This document shows, piece by piece, positions 24,290 through 32,000 of a DNA stretch of 32,000 nt. The translations under genes and the position numbers were made by a program. How positions within the stretch are numbered: the first letter of the stretch is position 1; each line of letters begins with the position of its first letter. The stretch is taken from contig NZ_BCZP01000002.1 in assembly GCF_001598795.1 (NCBI RefSeq), positions 300,001 through 332,000 of the forward strand, in the 5' to 3' direction. This DNA comes from Delftia acidovorans NBRC 14950. GTDB lineage: Bacteria; Pseudomonadota; Gammaproteobacteria; Burkholderiales; Burkholderiaceae_C. Under the pieces are notes generated by a model. It made no database searches, had not been told where the DNA came from, and was given only the letters and a program-made list of their open reading frames with translations.

Positions 24290-26404
24290 ATGAACGCATC
24301 GAATCTTCTTGTTGAACTGTTTGTCGAAGAGCTGCCCCCGAAGGCGCTGCAAAAGCTGGGCGACGCCTTCGCCGGCGTGCTGTTCGAGCAGCTCAAGGCC
24401 CAGGGCCTGCTGGCCTCCAGCGAAGCGCGCCTGACGGCCTATGCCTCGCCGCGCCGCCTGGCCGCCCACATCACCGAAGTCCTGCCCCAGGCCGAGGACA
24501 AGGCCGTGTCGCAAAAGCTCATGCCCGTCTCCGTGGGCCTGGACGCCGACGGCAAGCCCACGCCCGCCCTGATCAAGAAGCTGGCCGCCCTGGGTGCCGG
24601 CGAAGAAGCCGTTGCCGGCCTGACCCGTCAGGGCGAAGGCAAGGCCGAGGCCCTGTTCCACGCCTCCACCGTGCGCGGCGTGATGCTGGCCGATGGCGTG
24701 CAAAAGGCGCTGGACGAAGCCATTGCCAAGCTGCCCATCCCCAAGGTCATGCGCTACCAGCTGGCCGACGGCTGGAGCAGTGTCCATTTCGTGCGCCCGG
24801 CCCATGGCCTGGTGGTGCTGCACGGCACCGAGGTGCTGATCGGCGTCAAGGCCCTGGGCCTGACGGCCGGCACGGCCACGCATGGCCACCGCTTCGAGGC
24901 GGCGGTCGATCCCGTGGTCATCCGCTCCGCCGATGACTACGCCGCGCAGCTGCGCGAGGAGGGCGCCGTCATCGCCAGCTTCGCCGAGCGCCGTGCCGAG
25001 ATCGCGCGCCAGCTGCAGGCCGCTGCCGAGCGCCTGGGCGGCGGTGTCCGTCCCATCGAGGACGAGGCCCTGCTGGACGAAGTCACGGCCCTGGTCGAGC
25101 GCCCCAATGTGCTGGTCTGCGAGTTCGAGAAGGAATTCCTCGACGTGCCGCAGGAATGCCTGATCCTCACCATGAAGGCCAACCAGAAGTACTTCCCGCT
25201 GCTGGACGCCGCCGGCAAGCTGACCCATCAGTTCCTGGTGGTCAGCAACATCAGCCCGCAGGATGCCAGCGCCGTCATCGGCGGCAACGAACGCGTGGTG
25301 CGCCCGCGCCTGGCCGACGCCAAGTTCTTCTTCGACCAGGACCGCAAGAAGACCCTGGCCTCGCGCGTGGAAGGGCTGGGCAAGGTGGTCTACCACAACA
25401 AGCTCGGCACCCAGGGCGAGCGCGTGGAGCGCGTGCGCTCCATCGCCAAGAGCATTGCCCGCCAGCTGGGCGACACGGGCCTGGCCCAGCAGGCCGACCT
25501 GGCCGCGCAACTGGCCAAGACCGACCTCGTGACCGACATGGTGGGCGAGTTCCCCGAGCTGCAGGGCACCATGGGCCGTTACTACGCGCTCAACGACGGC
25601 CTGGACGTGGCCGTGGCCGATGCCATCGAGGACCACTACAAGCCCCGCTTTGCGGGCGACGAACTGCCGCGCGGCAACGCCGGCGTGGTCGTGGCCCTGG
25701 CCGACAAGCTGGAAACCCTGGTCGGCATGTTCGGCATCGGCAACCTGCCCACGGGCGACCGCGACCCGTTCGCGCTGCGCCGCCATGCGCTGGGCGTGAT
25801 CCGCATGCTGGTCGAGAAAGACCTGGCGCTGGATCTGGAAACCCTGCTGGTCAGCGTGCTGCCGGCCTTCGGCGACAAGATCGAGGACGCCACGCCCCAG
25901 CTGGCCGACTTCATCTACGACCGCCTGGCCGGCAACCTGCGCGAGCAGGGCTTCTCGGCCCAGGAAGTGGACTCCGTGCTGGCCCTGCGCCCGCAGCGCC
26001 TGTCCGACGTGCAAAAGCGCCTGGAAGCCGTGCGCGCCTTCGGCGAGCTGCCCGAGGCACCGGCCCTGGCCGCCGCCAACAAGCGCGTGGGCAACATCCT
26101 CAAGAAGGCCGACCAGGCCGTGCAGGCCCAGGTCGACGCGGCCGTGCTGGCCGAGGTGGCAGAGAAGGACCTGTACGCAGCCCTGCAATCGGTGGCGCCC
26201 AAGGCGCAGCAGCAGTTTGCTGCCGGCGACTACACGGCCAGCCTGCAGACCCTGGCCGCGCTGCGCGCCCCGGTCGATGCCTTCTTCGAGCATGTGATGG
26301 TCAACGCCGAAGACCCGGCCCTCAAGGCCAACCGCCTGGGCCTGCTGGCCACGTTGCACGAAGCCATGAACCGCGTGGCTGACCTTTCGCGACTGGCCTC
26401 CTGA
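24290..26404 (+). CDS. glyS: glycine--tRNA ligase beta subunit
   Basis: Frame of ORF 24089..26404, trimmed to ATG 24290. 704 aa. Starts MNASNLLVELFVEELPPKAL, the canonical GlyS N-terminus. It directly follows glyQ. Confidence 0.95.
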   Translation: MNASNLLVELFVEELPPKALQKLGDAFAGVLFEQLKAQGLLASSEARLTAYASPRRLAAHITEVLPQAEDKAVSQKLMPVSVGLDADGKPTPALIKKLAALGAGEEAVAGLTRQGEGKAEALFHASTVRGVMLADGVQKALDEAIAKLPIPKVMRYQLADGWSSVHFVRPAHGLVVLHGTEVLIGVKALGLTAGTATHGHRFEAAVDPVVIRSADDYAAQLREEGAVIASFAERRAEIARQLQAAAERLGGGVRPIEDEALLDEVTALVERPNVLVCEFEKEFLDVPQECLILTMKANQKYFPLLDAAGKLTHQFLVVSNISPQDASAVIGGNERVVRPRLADAKFFFDQDRKKTLASRVEGLGKVVYHNKLGTQGERVERVRSIAKSIARQLGDTGLAQQADLAAQLAKTDLVTDMVGEFPELQGTMGRYYALNDGLDVAVADAIEDHYKPRFAGDELPRGNAGVVVALADKLETLVGMFGIGNLPTGDRDPFALRRHALGVIRMLVEKDLALDLETLLVSVLPAFGDKIEDATPQLADFIYDRLAGNLREQGFSAQEVDSVLALRPQRLSDVQKRLEAVRAFGELPEAPALAAANKRVGNILKKADQAVQAQVDAAVLAEVAEKDLYAALQSVAPKAQQQFAAGDYTASLQTLAALRAPVDAFFEHVMVNAEDPALKANRLGLLATLHEAMNRVADLSRLAS

Positions 26405-26459
26405 TCCCGTGGCGGCATCTGCCGCCCGGGCCCTGCGTCTTCCACCCTGGGACCCGACC

Positions 26460-27029
26460 ATGAAAATTGCGATCCTGGACCGTGACGGAACCCTCAACCA
26501 GATCGGTGAGGAGGGCTTCATCGGCTCTGCCGAGGCCTGGAAGGCCCAGCGCGGGGCGCTGGAAGCCGTGGCGCGCCTGAACCGGGCGGGCTGGCATGTG
26601 GTGGTCGCCACCAACCAGCCGGGCCTGGGCCGGGGCCTGTTCGACGTGACCGAGCTCAATGCCGTGCACGCGCGCATGCACCGCGAAATGGCGGCGGCAG
26701 GCGCGCGCGTCGATGCGGTTTTCTACTGCCCCCATGCCCCGGACGAGGAATGCCATTGCCGCAAGCCCGGCACGGCGCTGTTCGAGCAGATTGCCGAGCG
26801 CTTCGGCGTCGAGGGGCAGCAGCTGTGGGTGGTCGGCTCCTGCGTGGCCCACCTGCAGGCCGGCGCCGCCATGGGCGCGCGCCTGCACCTGGTCTGCACG
26901 GGCGCCAGCGCCGGAGTGTCTCTGGACGGGGCGCTGCCGCCCGGACTGCCGCCCGGCACCCAGCGCCATGCCAGCCTGGCCGCGCTGGCCGATGCGCTGG
27001 TTCCGGCAGATGCCGCACCCGCTCCCTGA
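26460..27029 (+). CDS. gmhB: D-glycero-beta-D-manno-heptose 1,7-bisphosphate 7-phosphatase (HAD family)
   Basis: Frame of ORF 26409..27029, trimmed to ATG 26460. 189 aa. HAD motif I is ILDRDGTLN, followed by VVATNQPGLGRG, and the GmhB zinc-loop pattern C-x-H-x6-C-x-C is present (YCPHAPDEECHCRKP). Confidence 0.88.
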   Translation: MKIAILDRDGTLNQIGEEGFIGSAEAWKAQRGALEAVARLNRAGWHVVVATNQPGLGRGLFDVTELNAVHARMHREMAAAGARVDAVFYCPHAPDEECHCRKPGTALFEQIAERFGVEGQQLWVVGSCVAHLQAGAAMGARLHLVCTGASAGVSLDGALPPGLPPGTQRHASLAALADALVPADAAPAP

Positions 27030-27117
27030 ACGCCTGAACGGCGCTTTGCCCATGCGCCGCCGGCCTGCCGTCCTGCGCACAATGCTATCTTTGTGAATTC
27101 CGATTCCTGAGGGCGCA

Positions 27118-27912
27118 ATGCCCGGGCCTGCCGCCCGGCCGCTGCGCCGCTTTCTGCACCACACTGCCGCCATGTCCCTGATCCGCTCCACCCTCCACAT
27201 GCTCTGGATGGGCATCACCGTGATCCCCTACACCCTGGCCGTGCTGCTCACGCGCTGGCTGGGTGGCGGGCCGCGCCGAGTCTATGCCGTGGCGCGCGCC
27301 TGGCTCAAGCTGTCGGTGGACAGCGCCCGCGTCATCATGGGCGTGCGCCACCGCGTGCAGGGCATGGAGAACCTGCCTACCGACCCCAAGCAGGGCGTGG
27401 TGCTGCTGGTCAAGCACCAGTCCACCTACGAGACCTTCCTCATGCCGGCGATCATGCCGCGCCCGCTGGCCTATGTGTTCAAGAAGGAGCTGCTCATGGT
27501 GCCCTTCTTCGGCTGGTCCATCGGCAGCATGGACATGATCCACATCGACCGCAAGCACGGCTCGCGCGCCTTCCACAAGGTGGTCGAGCAGGGCAAGCGC
27601 CTGTTGGGCCAGGGCACCTGGGTGATCATGTTTCCCGAAGGCACGCGCATCCCGCGCGGCCAAAGGGGCGAGTACAAGACCGGCGCCACGCGCCTGGCCA
27701 TCATGGCCGGCGTGCCTGTCGTGCCCGTGGCCGTCACCTCGGCCAAGTGCTGGCCGCGCAAGGCCTTCATCAAGACGCCGGGCGTGGTGGATGTCTCCAT
27801 CGGCAAGCCCATTCCTTCCGTGGGCCGCAAGCACGAGGAGCTGATGGTGGAAGTCGAAAACTGGATCGAGGCCGAAATGCAGCGCCTCGACCCCGAGGCC
27901 TACCGCGCCTGA
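27118..27912 (+). CDS. plsC: 1-acyl-sn-glycerol-3-phosphate acyltransferase
   Basis: 264 aa. Acyltransferase block I variant is KHQSTYE and block III is FPEGTR. It has an N-terminal hydrophobic helix. Start is ATG 27118 (GAGGG 4 nt upstream) or ATG 27172 (MSLIRS...). Confidence 0.88.
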   Translation: MPGPAARPLRRFLHHTAAMSLIRSTLHMLWMGITVIPYTLAVLLTRWLGGGPRRVYAVARAWLKLSVDSARVIMGVRHRVQGMENLPTDPKQGVVLLVKHQSTYETFLMPAIMPRPLAYVFKKELLMVPFFGWSIGSMDMIHIDRKHGSRAFHKVVEQGKRLLGQGTWVIMFPEGTRIPRGQRGEYKTGATRLAIMAGVPVVPVAVTSAKCWPRKAFIKTPGVVDVSIGKPIPSVGRKHEELMVEVENWIEAEMQRLDPEAYRA

Positions 27913-27928
27913 GGCGCCGGAGACCGGC

Positions 27929-28864
27929 ATGGCGGACCCGGCACAGCGCAGTTGGGATTGGCTGCTGCCACCTGCCGTGCAAACGCAGGACGGCGGGCTG
28001 AAGTCGCGCCGTGACAGGGCCACTCCCCCCGCCCAGCCTTCGTCCGCGCCTCTTCCTCCTTCTTCTCCATCTCTCCCATCTTCATCCACCATCCCCGAGC
28101 CCAGTCCCCGCGTCCACCCGGAGGCCAACCAGCAGGCGGTCCTCCAGGGGCAGGTGCTGCATTACCGGCTGCAGCGCTCGCGCCGGCGCACCATAGGCTT
28201 CACCATCGGCGCGCAGGGGCTGGTGGTCAGCGCACCTTCCTGGGTCAACATGGCTGCCATCGCGCAGGCGCTGGAGGCGAAATCGGGCTGGATACTGCGC
28301 AAGCTGCATGAGGCCGGCCAGCGCCAGCAAGCCCAGCAGGCGGCACGCATCCGCTGGGAGCACGGCGCAGAGATCGGTTATCTGGGCCGCCCCTTGCAGC
28401 TGTGCCTGACCGGCGGCGAAACCCAGACGCTGCGCACGCGCCAGGTACACCGTGAACAGGCGGCCGACGGCAGCCAGTCCCTGCACCTGCCGCTGGCGCC
28501 CGGGGCATCGGCCGCCGAGGTGCGCGCCTGCGTGCAGGCCTGGATGCTGCGCGAGGCGCGCTCCTGGTTCACGGCCAGCCTGCAGCGCCACGCGCCGCTC
28601 CTGGGCGTGCAGTGGACCAGCCTGAGACTGACCAGCGCAAGCACGCGCTGGGGCAGTGCCAACTCGGCGGGCGCCATACGGCTGAACTGGCGGCTCATGC
28701 AGCACGCGCCCGAGGTCATCGACTACGTGGTCGTGCACGAGCTGTCCCACCTGCGGTACATGGACCACAGCCCGCGCTTCTGGGCTACTGTGGCCAGCGT
28801 GATGCCGGGCTGGGAGGCGCAGCGCCAGGTGCTGCGTGACAGGCTGCTGCCTCCCTGGGAATAG
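27929..28864 (+). CDS. YgjP-like (DUF45/M48-type) zinc metallohydrolase with a Pro/Ser-rich N-terminal extension
   Basis: 311 aa. GGAG lies 6 nt upstream of ATG 27929. The HExxH motif sits in IDYVVVHELSHLRYMDHSPRFW, and the YgjP-like core starts near YRLQRSRRRTIGFTI. Confidence 0.85.
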   Translation: MADPAQRSWDWLLPPAVQTQDGGLKSRRDRATPPAQPSSAPLPPSSPSLPSSSTIPEPSPRVHPEANQQAVLQGQVLHYRLQRSRRRTIGFTIGAQGLVVSAPSWVNMAAIAQALEAKSGWILRKLHEAGQRQQAQQAARIRWEHGAEIGYLGRPLQLCLTGGETQTLRTRQVHREQAADGSQSLHLPLAPGASAAEVRACVQAWMLREARSWFTASLQRHAPLLGVQWTSLRLTSASTRWGSANSAGAIRLNWRLMQHAPEVIDYVVVHELSHLRYMDHSPRFWATVASVMPGWEAQRQVLRDRLLPPWE

Positions 28865-28954
28865 GCGATCCGGGCACCGGCGAGCCGGCGCCAGTCGGGC
28901 TGGACGGTTATTCTTGCCGGGCACACAACCGCGTCCTATCAAGAAAGCCAATCC

Positions 28955-29395
28955 ATGTCCGCAAGCGCTCCCGTTCCCGCAGCCATTCCCCTGACCGTCC
29001 AGCCCGCACCGGGCTATGCAGGCGACATTCCTCCCGAACTTGCCTGGCAATGGCTGCAATCCGGCGAAGCCGTGCTCGTCGATGTGCGCACCGATGCAGA
29101 GCGCGACTGGGTGGGCCGCGTACCGGGTGCCGTGGCCGTGGCCTGGAAGCAGTGGCCGTCCATGGCGATGAACCCCGATTTCGACAGCCAGCTGCGCGCC
29201 GCCGTGCCTGAAGGCGGCAAGGTGGTCCTGCTGTGCCGCAGCGGCGTGCGCTCGGTGGCCGCAGCCCAGCGCGCGGCGCAACTGGGCATCGAGGCCTACA
29301 ACATCCTCGAAGGCTTCGAGGGCGATGTGGACGCCAACGGCCAGCGCGGCCATGTCGGCGGCTGGCGCCTGCGCGGCCTGCCCTGGCGCCAGTAA
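28955..29395 (+). CDS. rhodanese-like domain protein (single domain sulfurtransferase)
   Basis: 146 aa. The active-site loop is CRSGVRS, in a typical rhodanese context (LVDVRTDAER ... VVLLCRSGVRSVAAA ... NILEGFEGD). Confidence 0.85.
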   Translation: MSASAPVPAAIPLTVQPAPGYAGDIPPELAWQWLQSGEAVLVDVRTDAERDWVGRVPGAVAVAWKQWPSMAMNPDFDSQLRAAVPEGGKVVLLCRSGVRSVAAAQRAAQLGIEAYNILEGFEGDVDANGQRGHVGGWRLRGLPWRQ

Positions 29396-29417
29396 GCCGG
29401 CGCGGACCTGGCGTCGT

Positions 29418-30353
29418 TCAGAGCGGCGGCTCCGCGAATCCCAGCGCCACCGCCCGGGCGGCCACCATGTCCACCAGGGCCTGGGCCGGTCCCGACAGCG
29501 TGGCCTGCGAGCGCATGGCCAGCAGCAGCCGGCGCCGGGTGTTGAGCGCCCCCAGCGGGCGCAGCCGCAGTGCCCGCGCTGCCAGGTGCGGCGCGGTGGC
29601 GGCGCGCGGCAGGATGGCCAGGCCCAGACCCACCGAGACCATGTGGCACATGGCGTCGAAGCTGCGCACCTGGATGCGGATCCGCACGGGCCGGTTGATG
29701 GATTCGGCCTCAGCGGCAATGCGCCGCATCAGCGAGGTGGAGCGGGCCAGGCTCACGAAGTCGTGGTCCAGCACCGTGGCCAGGGGCACGGGGGAGGCGT
29801 CGTCCGTGTCCAGCGCATGGCCGCGCGGCATGACGAGCACCAGCTCGTCCACATCGCAGATCTGGGTGCTCAGCCCTTCCAGGGGCGTGTTCTCCCCGAT
29901 GATGGCCAGCTCGGCCACGCCGCTGAGCACGGCGCGCACGGACTCCTCGCTCAGCGCGTCTTCCAGGTCCACCGACACACCCGGGTGGGCCGCCATGAAG
30001 TCGGCCAGCAGCCGGGGCAGAAATCCCGCAAATGCGGAGTTGTTGGCCCACAGGCGCAACTGGCCCGTGGCGCCGCTGCGAAAGTCGTCCATGGCGAGGG
30101 CCAGATGTTCCAGCCGGGCCACCACGTCCACGGCATGGTGGTACATGCTCTGGCCGGCGGGCGTGGGCGTGACGCCGCGCTTGCTGCGCACCAGCAGGGT
30201 CACGCCGCAGTGCTGTTCCAGCTCGGCTACGCGCTTGCTGGCGGCTGCCAACGACAGCCCCAGCGTGCGCGAGCCCGCCGTCAGGCTGCCGGCATCGACC
30301 ACGGCCACATACAGGCGCAACGTCAGCAGATCGAATCGGTGCAGGTTGATCAT
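29418..30353 (-). CDS. LysR family transcriptional regulator
   Basis: Frame of ORF 29418..30359(-). ATG 30353 has GGAGG 6 nt upstream. 311 aa. The HTH is LLTLRLYVAVVDAGSLTAGSRTLGLSLAAASKRVAELE. It is divergent from the downstream Bug gene. Confidence 0.88.
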   Translation of the reverse strand: MINLHRFDLLTLRLYVAVVDAGSLTAGSRTLGLSLAAASKRVAELEQHCGVTLLVRSKRGVTPTPAGQSMYHHAVDVVARLEHLALAMDDFRSGATGQLRLWANNSAFAGFLPRLLADFMAAHPGVSVDLEDALSEESVRAVLSGVAELAIIGENTPLEGLSTQICDVDELVLVMPRGHALDTDDASPVPLATVLDHDFVSLARSTSLMRRIAAEAESINRPVRIRIQVRSFDAMCHMVSVGLGLAILPRAATAPHLAARALRLRPLGALNTRRRLLLAMRSQATLSGPAQALVDMVAARAVALGFAEPPL

Positions 30354-30458
30354 TCCCATCCTCCACCACAGACGAAGGATGGATCAACGAGATACGGCTG
30401 TTCGGCCGCGTGCAGGCCCGCAAGAATGCGCCGGTACAAAGAGAACATGGAGACAAGC

Positions 30459-31433
30459 ATGAATCGACGCATTGTGCTGCAGGCCGCCGGCCTGGCAGCG
30501 GCCGCCCTGTTGGGCGCAGGAACCGTCCAGGCCCAGGCCTTTCCAACCAAGTCCATTACCCTCGTGGTCCCCAACCCGCCCGGCGGCGTGGTGGACACGG
30601 CGGCACGCCTGGCGTCCGACCCGCTGTCGCGCCTGCTGGGGCAGTCGGTGGTGGTGGACAACCGGGGCGGCGCCAGCGGCAACATCGCCTACCAGATGGT
30701 GGCCCGGTCGCCCAAGGACGGCTACACGCTGCTGGCCTCGTATTCGGCCTACCACGTGGGCAATCCGGCACTGTTCCCCAAGCTGCCCTGGGCGCAGTCC
30801 GAGCTGGCGCCCGTGGGGCTGATCGTGGCCGCCACCAATGTGATCGCCGTTCATCCTTCCGTTCCGGCGAACAATCTGCAGGAGTTCATTGCCTATCTGC
30901 GCAAGAACCCGGGCAAGGTCAATTACGCGTCGCAGGGCAATGGCTCGCTGTCCCATGTGGGCACGGCCGTGTTCGCCCAGGTGACCCAGACCCAGATCAC
31001 GCATGTGCCCTACAAGGGGTCCGGCCCTGCCATCCAGGACGTGCTGGGCGGCCAGGTGCAGATGTTCATCACCACGCCGCCTTCGGTGCTGGGCCATGTG
31101 CAGACGGGCAAGCTCAGGGCCCTGGCCGTGACCAGCAAGACGCGCCATCCCATGCTGCCCGATGTGCCCACCACGGCCGAAGCGGGCCTGCCGGGCTTCG
31201 AGCTGGAAGCCTGGGTTGGCCTGTTCGCACCTGCGGGCACGCCGCCCGACGCCATCGCCAGGCTGTCGGACGCGCTCAAGACCTCCCTGGAGTCGCCCGA
31301 CGTGCAAAAGCGCGCGGCCCTGCAGGGCGTGGAGCCGCGATTCCTCGGCCCGCAGGCGCTGGGCGCCCTGGTCCAGCGGGAGACCGATCACTGGGGCAAG
31401 GTGATCAAGGCCAACCACATCACGATGGATTGA
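30459..31433 (+). CDS. Bug-family (TctC-like) periplasmic substrate-binding protein
   Basis: C-terminal part of the 702-aa ORF 29325..31433. ATG 30459 has GGAG 6 nt upstream (alternative ATG 30447). 324 aa. The signal peptide is MNRRIVLQAAGLAAAALLGAGTVQA. Bug motifs are present: ITLVVPNPPGGVVD, YASQGNGSLSH and LEAWVGLFAPAGTP. Confidence 0.9.
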   Translation: MNRRIVLQAAGLAAAALLGAGTVQAQAFPTKSITLVVPNPPGGVVDTAARLASDPLSRLLGQSVVVDNRGGASGNIAYQMVARSPKDGYTLLASYSAYHVGNPALFPKLPWAQSELAPVGLIVAATNVIAVHPSVPANNLQEFIAYLRKNPGKVNYASQGNGSLSHVGTAVFAQVTQTQITHVPYKGSGPAIQDVLGGQVQMFITTPPSVLGHVQTGKLRALAVTSKTRHPMLPDVPTTAEAGLPGFELEAWVGLFAPAGTPPDAIARLSDALKTSLESPDVQKRAALQGVEPRFLGPQALGALVQRETDHWGKVIKANHITMD

Positions 31434-31440
31434 TGGGTGG

Positions 31441-31556
31441 CACCCCCTGAGCGGCTTACGCCGCTTCCCCCTCTCTACTCGCTTCGCGGGGGAGGGGGAC
31501 GACACCCTCGGGGCGGGGCGGCCCTTCCTCGGTGTCTCTGAGTGGGGGCGCGCCAG
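31441..31556. repeat. hairpin-rich intergenic element (REP-like in style; only one copy visible here)
   Basis: Three consecutive stem-loops can be read from the sequence. The first is AGCGGC-TTAC-GCCGCT (31450-31465). The second is TCCCCCTCTC / GGGAGGGGGA, a ~10-bp stem with one G-U pair (31466-31499). The third has GACACC / GGTGTC arms (31501-31536). Repetitive status cannot be shown from a single window. Confidence 0.3.
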
Positions 31557-31585
31557 TTTTATGTCCAGCGCTATGAAGAACTGAT

Positions 31586-32000
31586 ATGACTAGCAAAACC
31601 CATTTCCGCATCGGGCAGATCGTGCCCAGCTCCAACACCACGATGGAGACCGAGATCCCCGCCATCCTGCGCGCCCGCGAGGCCCTGGCGCCCGAGCGTT
31701 TCACCTTCCACTCCAGCCGCATGCGCATGAAGCATGTGACCAAGGAGGAACTGGCCGCCATGGACGGCGACAGCGACCGCTGCGCGCTGGAACTGTCGGA
31801 TGCGCGGGTCGATGTGCTCGGCTATGCCTGCCTGGTGGCCATCATGAGCATGGGGCGCGGCTACCACCGTGTCTCGCAAGCGCGCCTGCACCAGCGCACC
31901 GTGGACAACGGCGGTCCCGCGCCCGTGGTCACCAGCGCCGGCGCCCTGGTCGATGGCCTGCACGCCATCGGCGCGAAGAAGGTGGCGCTGCTGGCGCCCT
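31586..32000 (+). CDS. Asp/Glu racemase superfamily protein, maleate cis-trans isomerase / arylmalonate decarboxylase-like (3' end truncated by the window)
   Basis: Not in the ORF track because no stop lies within the window. My own translation from ATG 31586 is MTSKTHFRIGQIVPSSNTTMETEIPAILRAREALAPERFTFHSSRMRMKHVTKEELAAMDGDSDRCALELSDARVDVLGYACLVAIMSMGRGYH...GAKKVALLAP. The IVPSSNTTMETE motif and the LGYACLVA motif (with the first catalytic Cys) are typical of maleate isomerase-like enzymes. Confidence 0.75.
   Translation, partial: MTSKTHFRIGQIVPSSNTTMETEIPAILRAREALAPERFTFHSSRMRMKHVTKEELAAMDGDSDRCALELSDARVDVLGYACLVAIMSMGRGYHRVSQARLHQRTVDNGGPAPVVTSAGALVDGLHAIGAKKVALLAP

Noticed and set aside
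24074-26677. 867-aa ORF on the minus strand
   Set aside because: It is antisense to glyS and the start of gmhB. The composition is low-complexity Ala/Gly/Arg/Gln. It is a shadow ORF.
28082-29719. 545-aa ORF on the minus strand
   Set aside because: It is antisense to the YgjP-like and rhodanese genes. Its 5' portion (29418-29719) overlaps the LysR gene on the same strand but out of frame. It is Arg/Pro/Ala-rich. It is a shadow ORF.
29325-30458. N-terminal part of the 702-aa plus-strand ORF ending at 31433
   Set aside because: It is antisense to the LysR regulator. The Bug protein signal peptide begins at ATG 30459, which has a good SD.
1-32000. Scan for CRISPR arrays, tRNA/rRNA genes, IS elements, integrases, toxin-antitoxin pairs and known defence genes
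   Set aside because: I found no regularly spaced direct repeats, no cloverleaf-like or rRNA-like conserved stretches in the intergenic regions, and no transposase or recombinase-like translations in any frame. Coding density and GC look uniform apart from the short AT-rich promoter regions at 2330-2460 and 3000-3080.

Overview
GC-rich, densely coding chromosomal segment (third codon positions are almost all G/C). It looks like a Burkholderiales betaproteobacterium, probably Comamonadaceae. That placement is inferred from two Bug/TctC-family binding proteins, the glyQ-glyS-gmhB-plsC-ygjP gene order and codon usage, and I cannot verify it here. I call 30 protein-coding genes, one cut by the window end. 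I see no rRNA or tRNA, no CRISPR array, and no transposase, integrase or phage genes.

Gene order:
- (-) phhA and an upstream Bug-family binding protein, divergent from a (+) Lrp/AsnC regulator
- GNAT acetyltransferase
- corC-lnt
- fabA-fabB, followed by a clean intrinsic terminator
- rfbB-rfbD-rfbA-rfbC (dTDP-L-rhamnose)
- (-) LysR regulator, divergent from (+) an NCS1 permease, a GntR regulator, an aminoethylphosphonate-type ABC transporter (binding protein, ATPase, fused permease) and a DAO-family FAD oxidoreductase
- (-) a double zinc-ribbon membrane protein and an SPFH/band-7 protein with a C-terminal excisionase-type HTH
- (+) glyQ-glyS-gmhB-plsC, a YgjP-like metallopeptidase and a rhodanese
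- (-) LysR regulator, divergent from (+) a Bug-family binding protein and a truncated maleate-isomerase-like gene

Four ATGA start/stop overlaps support the operon calls: fabA/fabB, rfbB/rfbD, rfbA/rfbC and ABC ATPase/permease. Most very long ORFs in the six-frame track are antisense or out-of-frame shadows typical of high-GC DNA, and I reject them.

Honest assessment: this is mostly core metabolism, and I do not see a clear undescribed system such as a defence island. The two best leads are:
1. The SPFH-HTH fusion with its zinc-ribbon membrane partner.
2. An aminophosphonate-type uptake and oxidation cluster that has no C-P cleaving enzyme and is joined to an NCS1 permease and two regulators.

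Several small cis-element observations are listed at low interest. All family assignments come from reading motifs by eye; no searches were run.
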